32,000 nt of DNA from Promethearchaeati archaeon. GTDB taxonomy: Archaea; Asgardarchaeota; Heimdallarchaeia; Heimdallarchaeales; Heimdallarchaeaceae. Numbering within the stretch: position 1 is the first letter of the stretch; each line of letters opens with the position of its first letter. The stretch spans positions 69,731 through 101,730 of the forward strand of contig JABLTJ010000005.1 of assembly GCA_013166775.1 (NCBI GenBank), read 5' to 3'. The notes under the pieces were generated by a model. It was not told where the DNA came from. It saw only the letters and a list, made by a program, of their open reading frames with translations, and did no database searches. A program made the translations under genes and the position numbers. Positions 8,868-30,061 of the stretch are shown here, piece after piece.

Positions 8868-9482
8868 ATGTTTCCACATTCTCCACAATCATCAGTCCCA
8901 CCTGATAAACTCGTTCAACAATTAATTATGCAAGCTCTTCAGGCCTTCTATATTCAAGACTATGAAACAGCGGTTTATTTTCTTGAACAAATAAAAACTA
9001 ACTTACCACGTTATATGTACCAGCTCAATCCACAGAACAGAGCACTTTGTAAAGAAATAGTAAAAATGCTTCAAGACGGTAGTTTAGTACCTGATCGTTC
9101 AGAGTCATCTGTTGCTCAAGCTGCAGAAGATACACATCCTGGTTTAAGCGGAATGTCTTCTGAAGTTGATTTGATTTCAGAACCAGAGATTTCTTCTGAA
9201 GATACTGAAACTTTTGAAATAACAATTGCTGATACCCCTGCACATTCTGAACCAAGAGAGCAACAATATGTGCCTCCTTCTTCAGAACCAACTCCTTTAG
9301 TTGAGCAACCTTCTATTGATCAAGTTGTAGATCCGGATGATATGCAACAGGATCCAACAATGCCAACTGAATTTATCTCAGAATTATCTTCCGCAGTGAA
9401 TAAGGTTAGGGATAAGAAAAAGAAAAAATCTAAAGGCGAATTAACAGGATCCATGGACGAGTTAGAGGATTTTGATTTCTAG
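8868..9482 (+). CDS. Hypothetical protein: short helical N-terminal domain, long acidic Pro/Ser/Glu-rich low-complexity region, KKKKK patch and acidic-aromatic C-terminus (DELEDFDF)
   Basis: 204-aa ORF with no competing ORF of similar length. Composition read from the translation. Confidence 0.5.
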   Translation: MFPHSPQSSVPPDKLVQQLIMQALQAFYIQDYETAVYFLEQIKTNLPRYMYQLNPQNRALCKEIVKMLQDGSLVPDRSESSVAQAAEDTHPGLSGMSSEVDLISEPEISSEDTETFEITIADTPAHSEPREQQYVPPSSEPTPLVEQPSIDQVVDPDDMQQDPTMPTEFISELSSAVNKVRDKKKKKSKGELTGSMDELEDFDF

Positions 9483-9486
9483 TAGA

Positions 9487-9996
9487 TTATGAAATTTTGA
9501 CTCCCTCTTGCGATCTATCTCTTACTTTTGACCAATCTTGCTCTATTATGTTTTTCACGATAAATTCAACATCCTTTATTGTTTCTTTTAGTTTCTCTTT
9601 CAATATTTCTTGAGGGATAGCTGAATAAAGATGACGTAATCCACCGTGAGGTAACATTTCTTGTTCCTTGTTTACAAGTCCCTGTTTCATTAGGTTTTGA
9701 ACTAGCCTGACTGCTGTTGTTCGATCTCTTTTAATTCTAGTTGCAATATCTTTAATAGTTCTTTTCTGAGATAATGTGTAAAAGTAAATATGAATATGTA
9801 GCGGCTTTAAACCAAAGACAAATTCGAAAATTGGGCATATACAGAAATCGCACTCCCAATCCTCACAAGCACAGTTTTTTAAACCAAGCATTTCAAGTTC
9901 TTTTTCTCTTTCTCCCACTTTTTTATGAAAATTATCTGGCAAATCAATTAAGCAACGGTACATATGATCTCTTAGGTGTGTATCTTTCATGCACAC
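9487..9996 (-). CDS. Winged-helix (TrmB/MarR-like) transcriptional regulator with a Cys-rich N-terminal extension
   Basis: 169 aa. FGLKPLHIHIYFYTLSQKRTIKDIATRIKRDRTTAVRLVQNLMKQGLV fits the wHTH pattern. The N-terminal cluster is NCACEDWECDFCICP. Paralog of 10052-10453. Confidence 0.6.
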   Translation of the reverse strand: MCMKDTHLRDHMYRCLIDLPDNFHKKVGEREKELEMLGLKNCACEDWECDFCICPIFEFVFGLKPLHIHIYFYTLSQKRTIKDIATRIKRDRTTAVRLVQNLMKQGLVNKEQEMLPHGGLRHLYSAIPQEILKEKLKETIKDVEFIVKNIIEQDWSKVRDRSQEGVKIS

Positions 9997-10051
9997 TTAA
10001 ATATTCTGTTCTTACAATATTGAAGAAAAACTCTGTTTTATGAGATCTTGG

Positions 10052-10453
10052 CTACTCTGGCATGCTTTCCCAATCTTGATTAACTAAATTGTTTACCGCC
10101 GATTCAACTTCTTTGACAGTTCTTTGTAGCCTGTTCTTTATTTGTTCTTGAGGAATTCCACTATAGGTATTTCTTATTCCTCCATATGGGAGCCCCTCAG
10201 TATCTTTGTTAAGTATTCCCTGCATTTCCATACTTTGCAGAAGTCTAACTGTAGTTGTTCTATCGCGATTAACATGTGAGGAGATTTCTTTGATAGTTTT
10301 TTTTTGTTTTAAAATGTAAAAATAGATCTTAACGTGAATAGGCTTTAAACCAAACAAACATTCAAAAATATCGCACCGTCCTCCCTTTTGAATTACTCCT
10401 GGAAGATTAACCAAACATTTCTTCATATCTATGTGTGGGATAAATTTAAACAT
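10052..10453 (-). CDS. Winged-helix (TrmB/MarR-like) transcriptional regulator, shorter paralog of 9487-9996
   Basis: 133 aa. FGLKPIHVKIYFYILKQKKTIKEISSHVNRDRTTTVRLLQSMEMQGIL...QDWES aligns collinearly with the neighbouring ORF. Confidence 0.6.
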   Translation of the reverse strand: MFKFIPHIDMKKCLVNLPGVIQKGGRCDIFECLFGLKPIHVKIYFYILKQKKTIKEISSHVNRDRTTTVRLLQSMEMQGILNKDTEGLPYGGIRNTYSGIPQEQIKNRLQRTVKEVESAVNNLVNQDWESMPE

Positions 10454-10552
10454 AGATAAGTTTTATTGTATATAGTTTTGTCTGATAGAAAGTTTAAAAA
10501 GGGGGTATGTGCATATTTTATACACAGCCTACACGGACATAGGTGTTATAGA

Positions 10553-10990
10553 ATGGACGATGAATTAGAACGAATTAGAAAAGAAAAGCTTACTAAATTG
10601 ATGAATGACGATGTTCCTGTAGTAGGAACTTTTCCTATTGCTGAATTAACTGAGCTTGATGAGCAAACATTTGAAGGTTTTGTTGGTCAATCGGGAATAG
10701 TTGTTATTGATTTATGGGCAGCCTGGTGTGCTCCTTGCCGAACCATGGAACCAATAATGAAGCAATTAGCTAAAGAATGGTCAGGTCAAGTATTATTTGG
10801 AAAATTGAACATAGATCAATATCCCAGAATTGCAATGAAATACCAAGTTTCTTCTATTCCAAATTTCCTAGTATTTCAAGATGGTAAATATCTGGGAAAT
10901 GTTGTTGGTGCAGTAGGAAAGAAACCTTTTGATAAATTGTTTAAACAAATAGTTTCTGGTGAGTTAAATAAAAGAGAAGGTTATACCTAA
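10553..10990 (+). CDS. Thioredoxin (WCAPC active site)
   Basis: WAAWCAPCRTMEP active site plus a thioredoxin fold (KLNIDQYPRIAMKYQVSSIPNFLVF). I place the start at the internal ATG at 10553 (MDDELERIRK...). The track start at 10466 adds 29 residues that do not look protein-like and would cover the divergent promoter. Confidence 0.88.
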   Translation: MDDELERIRKEKLTKLMNDDVPVVGTFPIAELTELDEQTFEGFVGQSGIVVIDLWAAWCAPCRTMEPIMKQLAKEWSGQVLFGKLNIDQYPRIAMKYQVSSIPNFLVFQDGKYLGNVVGAVGKKPFDKLFKQIVSGELNKREGYT

Positions 10991-11002
10991 CTCTTTAGTT
11001 AT

Positions 11003-15617
<4,615 letters not shown>

Positions 15618-15890
15618 TTATATTGTAGTCTGAAATTTTAGGACCAGAACTCCTTGGTTTTACGATTTAAGTCGGGATATTTTTCAAACTTTAACTGCTA
15701 AAAAAATAATAAGTTTATCATTTAAAAATAAATTGGTATGCACGATAATGAGCACTAAAACGATGAGAAATAAGACATTCTTACATTTAATTAATCAAAA
15801 AGTTTAGTAAAAGGTGAAAAATAAACAAATTAAGGTATAATATAAGCGCTTTTTCTATAGATAAAGCAGAAGTTCTTTCTATGTAAAAAA

Positions 15891-17216
<1,326 letters not shown>

Positions 17217-17360
17217 TCACTTAAAAAAGGCATTGTTCATTGACAATTTTACATCCAATGAAACAATTTACTTTTATGTAAATATATATAGTTTATATAA
17301 AACAGAAACATTTTTGGATGTAACAATAAGTAAATAACATACACATCTTCCGTGAAAAAA

Positions 17361-18008
17361 ATGAGTGAATTCGTTCCGCAACCCTTAATCCAACTGTACA
17401 TTGTTGATATTGTTGAAGGTAGATTAGAAAAAGAAGGCGATGAACAATATAGATGGGTTCTATTCACCAGAAATGGGGAGAAAGTTTACAAAATCAGAAT
17501 CAATGGTACAGTAGTCACAAAATATTATAGCGAGGGGAATCAAGAAAAAAAAACTTACTCTAACTTCACATTAGACGATGGGTCAGATACTATTAGAGTA
17601 AAAGCGTGGGAAGAACAAGCCGAAATTCTAAGAGGGTTTGAAATAGGAGATGAAGTAGAAGTAATGGGAAGACCAAGACAAAGCGATGATGAGATCTATC
17701 TCCTCCCAGAAGAAGTTCTAAAAATAGATGACTTCAATAAATCTTTATACTTGCGAGCAAAGAAAATAAAAAGATATGCGAAAAAGAACTATGAACTTCC
17801 AACAGAAGAGCAAACGATCAAGGCTCATGATATGGCACAAATGGAGTTAGTATGGTCAATAATTATGGAAACTGAGGAAGGAATAGAACTTGAAGAAATA
17901 GTAACAAAATCAAAACTAGATAAAGCGATTGTAGAATCAGTTATTCAAGAATTAATTAAGAAAGGTGATATCTACGAACCAACCTCTTTGAAATTTAGAA
18001 AAATATAA
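17361..18008 (+). CDS. OB-fold nucleic-acid-binding protein with a C-terminal winged-helix-like domain (RPA32/Stn1-like architecture)
   Basis: INGTVV...FTLDDGSDTIRVKAWEE...FEIGDEVEVMGRPR fits a tRNA_anti-type OB fold. The C-terminal IELEEIVTKSKLDKAIVESVIQELIKKGDIYEP is wH-like. The ATG at 17361 is preferred over the GTG at 17352. Confidence 0.55.
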   Translation: MSEFVPQPLIQLYIVDIVEGRLEKEGDEQYRWVLFTRNGEKVYKIRINGTVVTKYYSEGNQEKKTYSNFTLDDGSDTIRVKAWEEQAEILRGFEIGDEVEVMGRPRQSDDEIYLLPEEVLKIDDFNKSLYLRAKKIKRYAKKNYELPTEEQTIKAHDMAQMELVWSIIMETEEGIELEEIVTKSKLDKAIVESVIQELIKKGDIYEPTSLKFRKI

Positions 18009-18018
18009 ACTAGCCTGT

Positions 18019-18408
<390 letters not shown>

Positions 18409-18474
18409 CTAATTTTTAAGTTTTATGATAAAAAGAATTGGATAATGTTTAAGAACAATGTGTATCTATATTAA

Positions 18475-18900
<426 letters not shown>

Positions 18901-18933
18901 GCAAGATCAAAAAAATAGACTAGATTGATTACA

Positions 18934-19449
18934 ATGGTTAAAGCCATAGTATTATACAATTCTCGTGGTGGTAACACAAAGCAAGTAGCAATGAAAATTG
19001 CTGAAGGTTTAGGAGTTGAATGTAGAAACAATAAAAAGATTCCTGATTTAAAGGAATATGATTTAATTGTTGTTGGTTCCTGGGTCATAATGGGTCGAAT
19101 CAGTTTTGCTGGTGCAAGATTCTTGAGAAAACTTAGACGAAAAAGTATAGAAGGTAAAAAAATTAGCTTATTCTTTACAAGCGGTGGTCCAGATGAAATT
19201 CATCCATTCACTGAAAGGAAAGGAAATCCAAGAAAGATTAAAGAAATCATGTTTGAAACAATGGAAGAAATCTTGAACAAGAAGAATCTGGTTACTATCC
19301 TACCTGATCGTTATTACTGCAAAGGAGCAATTAGATTGACTAAACATGGTGAAGTAAAAGACAATGTTGGTCATCCTACAGAAGAAGAATTAGCTCAAGC
19401 TAAGACATTTGGAGAGCAATTAAAAAAACAGTTTGAAACTTCTGGTTAA
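18934..19449 (+). CDS. Flavodoxin-like domain protein
   Basis: N-terminal KAIVLYNSRGGNTKQVAMKIAEGLG is an FMN phosphate-binding loop of the S/T-x-x-G-N-T type. DLIVVGSWV is the second strand. The ATG at 18934 is preferred over the TTG at 18925. Confidence 0.75.
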   Translation: MVKAIVLYNSRGGNTKQVAMKIAEGLGVECRNNKKIPDLKEYDLIVVGSWVIMGRISFAGARFLRKLRRKSIEGKKISLFFTSGGPDEIHPFTERKGNPRKIKEIMFETMEEILNKKNLVTILPDRYYCKGAIRLTKHGEVKDNVGHPTEEELAQAKTFGEQLKKQFETSG

Positions 19450-19458
19450 CGTAAAGAA

Positions 19459-19643
<185 letters not shown>

Positions 19644-19761
19644 GAATAGGATAGATTTTGTTTTTGAATGTTACTATTGGGGAGAAATGATATTCTGATT
19701 TAAACTGAAATAAGTCGAAATGTTTAAATTTGAATTCTAGTGCAAGAAACAAGAAAATAGC

Positions 19762-19844
<83 letters not shown>

Positions 19845-19846
19845 TA

Positions 19847-19855
19847 GTTTTTTTC
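19847..19855 (+). terminator. Oligo-T tract immediately downstream of tRNA-Ser (archaeal-type terminator candidate)
   Basis: The sequence agttttttt directly follows the CCA end. Archaeal RNA polymerase terminates at oligo-T runs. Confidence 0.4.
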
Positions 19856-19885
19856 TCCACAAATCTCCAAATTTAAAAAGACTAA

Positions 19886-23314
<3,429 letters not shown>

Positions 23315-23416
23315 TTTTACCCTAGATTTGCTTAATATCAAATTTTAAAGAAAATTGTTGCTCAACTACTCACGATAAACCTTAAGAATTACTAGTTTTG
23401 ATTATCAATATCGCGA

Positions 23417-23442
23417 TTGCTATTCCCTTCTAGGGATAGCAA
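23417..23442. promoter_or_regulatory. Imperfect inverted repeat TTGCTAT(T)CCC-ttcta-GGGATAGCAA just upstream of the nuoH-like operon
   Basis: Read directly. 10-bp arms with one extra T and a 5-nt spacer, ending 24 nt before the ATG at 23467. It could be an operator or a 5'-UTR hairpin. Confidence 0.3.
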
Positions 23443-23466
23443 GAAAGATAATAGAAACAATCCTAA

Positions 23467-25392
<1,926 letters not shown>

Positions 25393-25393
<1 letters not shown>

Positions 25394-25707
25394 TGTTTGA
25401 TCAATTACATCTACTGATTCTTGGAATTATCTTGTTCTGTGTAGGATTATACGCATTACTTGGTAAAAGAAACGTGATAAAGATTCTAATGGGAATCGAA
25501 ATAATGACAATAGCAGTAAATGTCGTCTTTATTGCACTCGGTGCAAACATTACAAATGGAACATTTACACGATTTGCTCAAATCTTCCCATTGTTATCTA
25601 TAGCCATAGGCGCCGCTGTTTTAGCAGTAGGTTTAGCAATAGTCATCAATAACTATCGCCATGCGAAGAGCGTGGATAGTGATGAAATGGCTACATTAAA
25701 GAGGTGA
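25393..25707 (+). CDS. NuoK/ND4L-like membrane subunit
   Basis: 104 aa with three TM segments. GKRNVIKILMGIEIMTIAVNVVFIAL matches the NuoK signature, including the conserved membrane Glu. TAATG overlap with the upstream gene. Confidence 0.8.
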
Positions 25708-25712
25708 AAAAA

Positions 25713-27566
25713 ATGGTAAACATATTAATACTATTAAGCATAGCAGTTTTAGCTCCAATCGTTGGTGCTTTTCTGTCATTGCTCTTAAAGAAATGGCCAT
25801 ACATAAGAGACATCTTTAGTGTTCTACCCATTGCAATTTCAGCTATAATGTCAGTTATAGTTTTTGCATCTTTCGACGGTACTGCAACCGATTATACATT
25901 TGCATGGGCAGATTGGCTATCAGGTAGTCTACAATCAGGATTCCATCTTGATGCTTTATCAGGATTGATGATACTAATTGTTTCTATACTAAGTATGCTA
26001 ATTGCGTTCTTCTCAATAGAATATATGAAAGAAGATGAAAACAAAGTAAGATATTGGTTCTTCATGCAGTTATTTGTAGGAGGAATGCTTCTACTTGTAC
26101 TTGCAGCAGATATGATACTTCTATTCGCTGGTTGGGAAATTGTTGGTCTTTGTTCTTGTTTCCTCATAGGTCATTACTTTATGAAGAAAGGAGAAGAAGG
26201 AAGCAAACCTGCAAAAAGTGGAATAAAAGCTTTGATCATGACTGGTATTGGAGACGTTGGTTTCTTAGCTTTCTTATCATGGGCTTACTACTTGAATACT
26301 CAAGCAGCTGTAGCTAATCCATTGCTTATAACAACTTCAGTTCTAGCACCATATCCAGTATTTATGGGTATCCTGCTTCTATTAGCTCCAGTATCTAAAT
26401 CAGCTCAGTTTCCATTACAATCTTGGTTGAGCTCGGGTGATACTGTAGATATAGACGCAATGCAAGGTCCAACAACAGTTTCAGCACTAATACACGCTGC
26501 AACAATGGTTAAGGCAGGTGTTTATCTTGTTGCAAGATTTTCACCCTATTGGGGTGGTGAAGTATTCTACATCATTCTGATGGTACTAGCTGGAATATCA
26601 TGTGTTGGTGCAGCATTTGGTGCATTAGTAACAACTGATTTGAAGAGAGTATTAGCTTATAGTACAATTTCACAACTGAGTTACATGTTCTTAGCTTTCA
26701 CAATAAGAGGAATTAATGATGGTCTTATTGCAGGACAACTACATCTGTTATCTCATTCAATCTTCAAAGCTCTCCTGTTCTTGTCTGCTGGTGCAGTAAT
26801 TCACTCAGTAGCTAGTGAACGAGATATAAAGAAGATGGGTGGATTGAGAAAAGAACTACCATGGACTTATGGATTCATGCTCGTAGGTGTTCTTGGTTTA
26901 ATTGGAATTCCTATATTGACAAACGGTGGATATTCAAAAGAATCAATCATAAGAGCTGCATATGTTGGCATTACTGGCACTAAAGTCGTTGATGCACAGC
27001 CAATGTATTGGTTTGTTCTTATAATTGCAATATTAACAGCTTTCTTGACAGCATTGTATGCCTCAAGAATGTTCTTTATGATATTCCACGGTAAAAATAG
27101 AGGAGTTAAAGTACATAAACCAAAGTACGTTATGAGAATAACCATAGGCATTCTAGCAGTATTAGTATTTGCAACCGGCTTCATTCTTGAAGGTCCTGTT
27201 CATAATCTCATAACAGGTCATTATGGAGGATACAAGTTGATACCTACAGATACTGGTGGAATAGTTGCTTTAGTCAGTTCAATAATAGTTATTATACTAG
27301 GTATTGGATCGGCGTACTTGCTCTATGGTAAAGGACAAACAGAAGTTGCTTTTGTTGAGAACATCAAGATTTTCAAGTCTTTACGAAACTTTGTAGCAAA
27401 TGGTTTCTATATGGATCATTTGTATAACATAGTGTTTGTGAAACCAGTGTTCTGGATTGGAAAACAAATTTCATACCTTAAGACTGGAAAGATAACTTGG
27501 AATATGATACTAGGTTCAGTAGTAGCAATAGCTACTATTGTTGTTTTAGTGGTGGTGATTGTCTAA
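25713..27566 (+). CDS. NuoL/ND5-like antiporter-type subunit, with a C-terminal extension of a length compatible with the lateral helix
   Basis: About 617 aa. Proton_antipo_M core (FAGWEIVGLCS, SAQFPLQSWL, PTTVSALIHAATMVKAGVYL, KRVLAYSTISQL, HSIFKALLFL) and the C-terminal FYMDHLYNIVFVKP segment. Confidence 0.88.
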   Translation: MVNILILLSIAVLAPIVGAFLSLLLKKWPYIRDIFSVLPIAISAIMSVIVFASFDGTATDYTFAWADWLSGSLQSGFHLDALSGLMILIVSILSMLIAFFSIEYMKEDENKVRYWFFMQLFVGGMLLLVLAADMILLFAGWEIVGLCSCFLIGHYFMKKGEEGSKPAKSGIKALIMTGIGDVGFLAFLSWAYYLNTQAAVANPLLITTSVLAPYPVFMGILLLLAPVSKSAQFPLQSWLSSGDTVDIDAMQGPTTVSALIHAATMVKAGVYLVARFSPYWGGEVFYIILMVLAGISCVGAAFGALVTTDLKRVLAYSTISQLSYMFLAFTIRGINDGLIAGQLHLLSHSIFKALLFLSAGAVIHSVASERDIKKMGGLRKELPWTYGFMLVGVLGLIGIPILTNGGYSKESIIRAAYVGITGTKVVDAQPMYWFVLIIAILTAFLTALYASRMFFMIFHGKNRGVKVHKPKYVMRITIGILAVLVFATGFILEGPVHNLITGHYGGYKLIPTDTGGIVALVSSIIVIILGIGSAYLLYGKGQTEVAFVENIKIFKSLRNFVANGFYMDHLYNIVFVKPVFWIGKQISYLKTGKITWNMILGSVVAIATIVVLVVVIV

Positions 27567-29044
27567 TGGCACTCGATACTTATCTATCTCTGATTATGCT
27601 TGTACCAATTGTTGGTGCTGGTTTGATTGTTTTGATACAACAGCTGAAGAAATACTTAGCGAAAATTAAGATATGTGCTGATTGCGTGAATCATGCTCTT
27701 GCTAATATCGTAGCTCTAGGTGTTTTCTTGCTTGGAATAATCTCTGTATTCTCTGATAATTGGAGAATATATCTAGGTCTAAACAGTGGATCGTTGATGG
27801 AATATGGAATGATACAAGCTGTAATGGTGACTATATTTAGTTTCCTTGTTTGGATGGCTGTATTATTCAGTGTTAGTTACATGAAAGGTAAAGAAGGCTT
27901 AGGATATTACTATGCACTGATCCTAACATTACTTACTGGTTTAAGTGCAGTAACCATGGCAAATAATTTCATAACCTTATTCATAGGTTGGGAAATGTTT
28001 GCATTAAGTGCTTATGTACTTGTTGCCTTTGACAGAGTAAAGAGAGGCGCAGTAGAAGCTTCGTTGAAATACTTCATCATGTCAACAGCAGGAAGCATGT
28101 TAGTTTTACTAGCTACAGCATTAACATATGGTTACTTCGGTTCAGTGAGTTATGCTGTTCTTGGAACATTTGTAGCAATAAATAGCAAAGTAGTTGGATT
28201 AATCGTAGCATTATTCATAACAGGTTTTGCAGTAACTGCAGCAATGTTGTTCTTGAATGCATGGCTACCAGATGCCCACAGCTCAGCTCCATCAACAATT
28301 TCAGCTTTGCTTTCTGGAATTGTAGTTAAAGCTGGTGCTTTTGGTATGTACAGAACACTCCACTCAGCTTACCCAGACTTCGTAGCTGCAGGAGTGGTTC
28401 TCTCTTGGCTAGGTATCTTAACCATGATTGAAGGAAACTTCTTAGTATTCTCTCAATTCAGGAGAAAAGATATTGTAGATTTCAAGAGAATATTGGCATA
28501 CTCTACAACAGTGCATCTTGGTTACATAATCCTAGGTATAGGAACAAACACCATGTTAGGCGTCCAAGCATCAGTATTCCATATACTAACACATTCCATA
28601 GGTAAAGGATCTCTGTTTTTGCTCAGCGGAACATTGATTGCAGCTGTTGGTTCTAGAGACATACGTGATATGACAGGAATAGGAAGAAGATCACCATTCA
28701 TTGGTATCATTCTAACAATAGGACTTCTATCACTAGGAGGTATTCCAATAACCGCTGGTTTTATATCAAAACTGATGGTTGTCTTAGCAACTTTCAACGG
28801 TGCTGGACCAATTGGTAACAGTATTGCACTTGTTATATTTGCTATAATTAACTCTCTGCTAGCATTGGGTGGTTATCTATACATACTCAAGATTATGTTA
28901 TTTGATGAACCAGTTGCTAAAGCAGATGAGAAAGTGAAAATACCTATATTCCAAATGGTGTCTCTAACAATCCTAGCAGTTGTAATTTTACTATTTGGTT
29001 TCTGGCCAAATGGAATATTACAAGCAATAGTTGGTATAGTATAA
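27566..29044 (+). CDS. NuoN/NuoM (ND2/ND4)-like antiporter-type subunit
   Basis: About 492 aa from the ATG that overlaps the upstream stop. Motifs: FIGWEMFALSAY, WLPDAHSSAPSTISALLSGIVVKAGAFG, KRILAYSTTVHLGY, HSIGKGSLFL. The track start at 27497 lies inside the previous gene. Confidence 0.85.
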   Translation: MALDTYLSLIMLVPIVGAGLIVLIQQLKKYLAKIKICADCVNHALANIVALGVFLLGIISVFSDNWRIYLGLNSGSLMEYGMIQAVMVTIFSFLVWMAVLFSVSYMKGKEGLGYYYALILTLLTGLSAVTMANNFITLFIGWEMFALSAYVLVAFDRVKRGAVEASLKYFIMSTAGSMLVLLATALTYGYFGSVSYAVLGTFVAINSKVVGLIVALFITGFAVTAAMLFLNAWLPDAHSSAPSTISALLSGIVVKAGAFGMYRTLHSAYPDFVAAGVVLSWLGILTMIEGNFLVFSQFRRKDIVDFKRILAYSTTVHLGYIILGIGTNTMLGVQASVFHILTHSIGKGSLFLLSGTLIAAVGSRDIRDMTGIGRRSPFIGIILTIGLLSLGGIPITAGFISKLMVVLATFNGAGPIGNSIALVIFAIINSLLALGGYLYILKIMLFDEPVAKADEKVKIPIFQMVSLTILAVVILLFGFWPNGILQAIVGIV

Positions 29045-29055
29045 AAAACCCAACC

Positions 29056-29082
29056 TTTTTCTTTTTTCTTTTTTCTTTTCTT
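29056..29082 (+). terminator. Pyrimidine/T-rich tract after the last gene of the membrane-arm operon
   Basis: The sequence ctttttcttttttcttttttcttttcttg begins 12 nt after the stop at 29044. Confidence 0.45.
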
Positions 29083-29170
29083 GATTATTATCTCAAAAAA
29101 ATGAAGGAAAGCGTTATGTTCATTTTGAGTTTTTCAAGAGATTTTTAAATCTCTATACATTCTTGTGCTT

Positions 29171-29542
29171 ATGATACTTGAAATAATTGACGGGATTTTC
29201 GTAATTAGTGCAGGTATAATAACGCTCATTTTGTGGATTGTTGTGTTAATAAAAAGACTGGAATACAAATTCATTGAGAAGCCATTTGAAAGGTTATTTC
29301 ATATTGTTGCTGAATTTGTTATGTCTATAATAGCAATAATAAGTGGGATAGCTTTGTTGTTTCAACAAACTTGGGGACTTCCCTTACTTTTCTTAGCAAT
29401 GGGTTTAATTTTATATGCTTTAATTAATGCAATTGGAATTTATGGGGAGAAAAAGTATAAACTTCTAGTAATAATTCTAATTTTATCTACGATGATTACA
29501 ATCATTCTAATAGCAATTTCTCTTGCTCTATTAGTTTTTTAA
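29171..29542 (+). CDS. Hypothetical 4-TM membrane protein between the two convergent hydrogenase operons
   Basis: About 123-aa, strongly hydrophobic ORF. The ATG at 29171 is preferred over the GTG at 29165. No family recognised. Confidence 0.4.
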   Translation: MILEIIDGIFVISAGIITLILWIVVLIKRLEYKFIEKPFERLFHIVAEFVMSIIAIISGIALLFQQTWGLPLLFLAMGLILYALINAIGIYGEKKYKLLVIILILSTMITIILIAISLALLVF

Positions 29543-29581
29543 AATAAATAAAAGTAAAAAAAATAAAGAAAAGAAAAGCAA
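29543..29581 (-). terminator. T-rich (minus strand) spacer after the nuoB-like gene; candidate terminator of the minus-strand hydrogenase operon
   Basis: The plus strand reads aaataaataaaagtaaaaaaaataaagaaaagaaaagcaa, which gives oligo-T runs on the minus strand directly downstream of the stop at 29582. Confidence 0.4.
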
Positions 29582-30061
29582 TTATTCCGCTGGAATTTCT
29601 TTTTCCTCTATTCCTAGAAGATCTCCTTTCAGTTTTCCAAGTAAAGTAGCAACAGCTGCTACAATGTTCTCTGGTCTAGGTGGACATCCATAGACCCATG
29701 CATCGATAGGTAAAACGTAATCAATTCCACCCAAAATAAAAGGACATTCTTGGAAAACTCCTCCTGACGAACAACAATTACCTACAGCTACTACGAACTT
29801 TGGTAAAGGCATCTGTTCATAAACTCTTTTTACTCTCTCTGCAACTTGAAGAGTAACAGGTCCTGTTATTACAAGAACATCTGCTTGTCGAGGAGTACCT
29901 CTAAGAGTAATTCCGTATTGTTCAAGATCGTGTCTTGGTGTTAGTGCATCTACAATTTCAATGTCACAACCATTGCATCCGCCTGCATTCATGTGAATGA
30001 TCCAGGGGGATTTAAGAGCACAGTTTACTCCAAATTTCTTTAACCAACCCATTTTTCTCAA
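29582..30061 (-). CDS. NuoB-like / group 4 [NiFe]-hydrogenase small subunit
   Basis: 159 aa. GGCNGCDIE, GNCCSSGG and YGCPPRPE supply the four Cys ligands of the proximal [4Fe-4S] cluster, as in MbhJ/EchC/HycG. Confidence 0.9.
   Translation of the reverse strand: MRKMGWLKKFGVNCALKSPWIIHMNAGGCNGCDIEIVDALTPRHDLEQYGITLRGTPRQADVLVITGPVTLQVAERVKRVYEQMPLPKFVVAVGNCCSSGGVFQECPFILGGIDYVLPIDAWVYGCPPRPENIVAAVATLLGKLKGDLLGIEEKEIPAE

Noticed and set aside
10466-10552. N-terminal 29-codon extension of the thioredoxin ORF (MYIVLSDRKFKKGVCAYFIHSLHGHRCYR)
   Set aside because: It lies in the divergent promoter region shared with the wHTH gene, has no thioredoxin-family counterpart, and is followed by an internal ATG at 10553.
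17249-17322. 7-bp inverted repeat tacatcc / ggatgta in the divergent promoter region between the methylthiotransferase and OB-fold genes
   Set aside because: The arms are short and separated by about 60 bp in very AT-rich DNA, so the match is compatible with chance.
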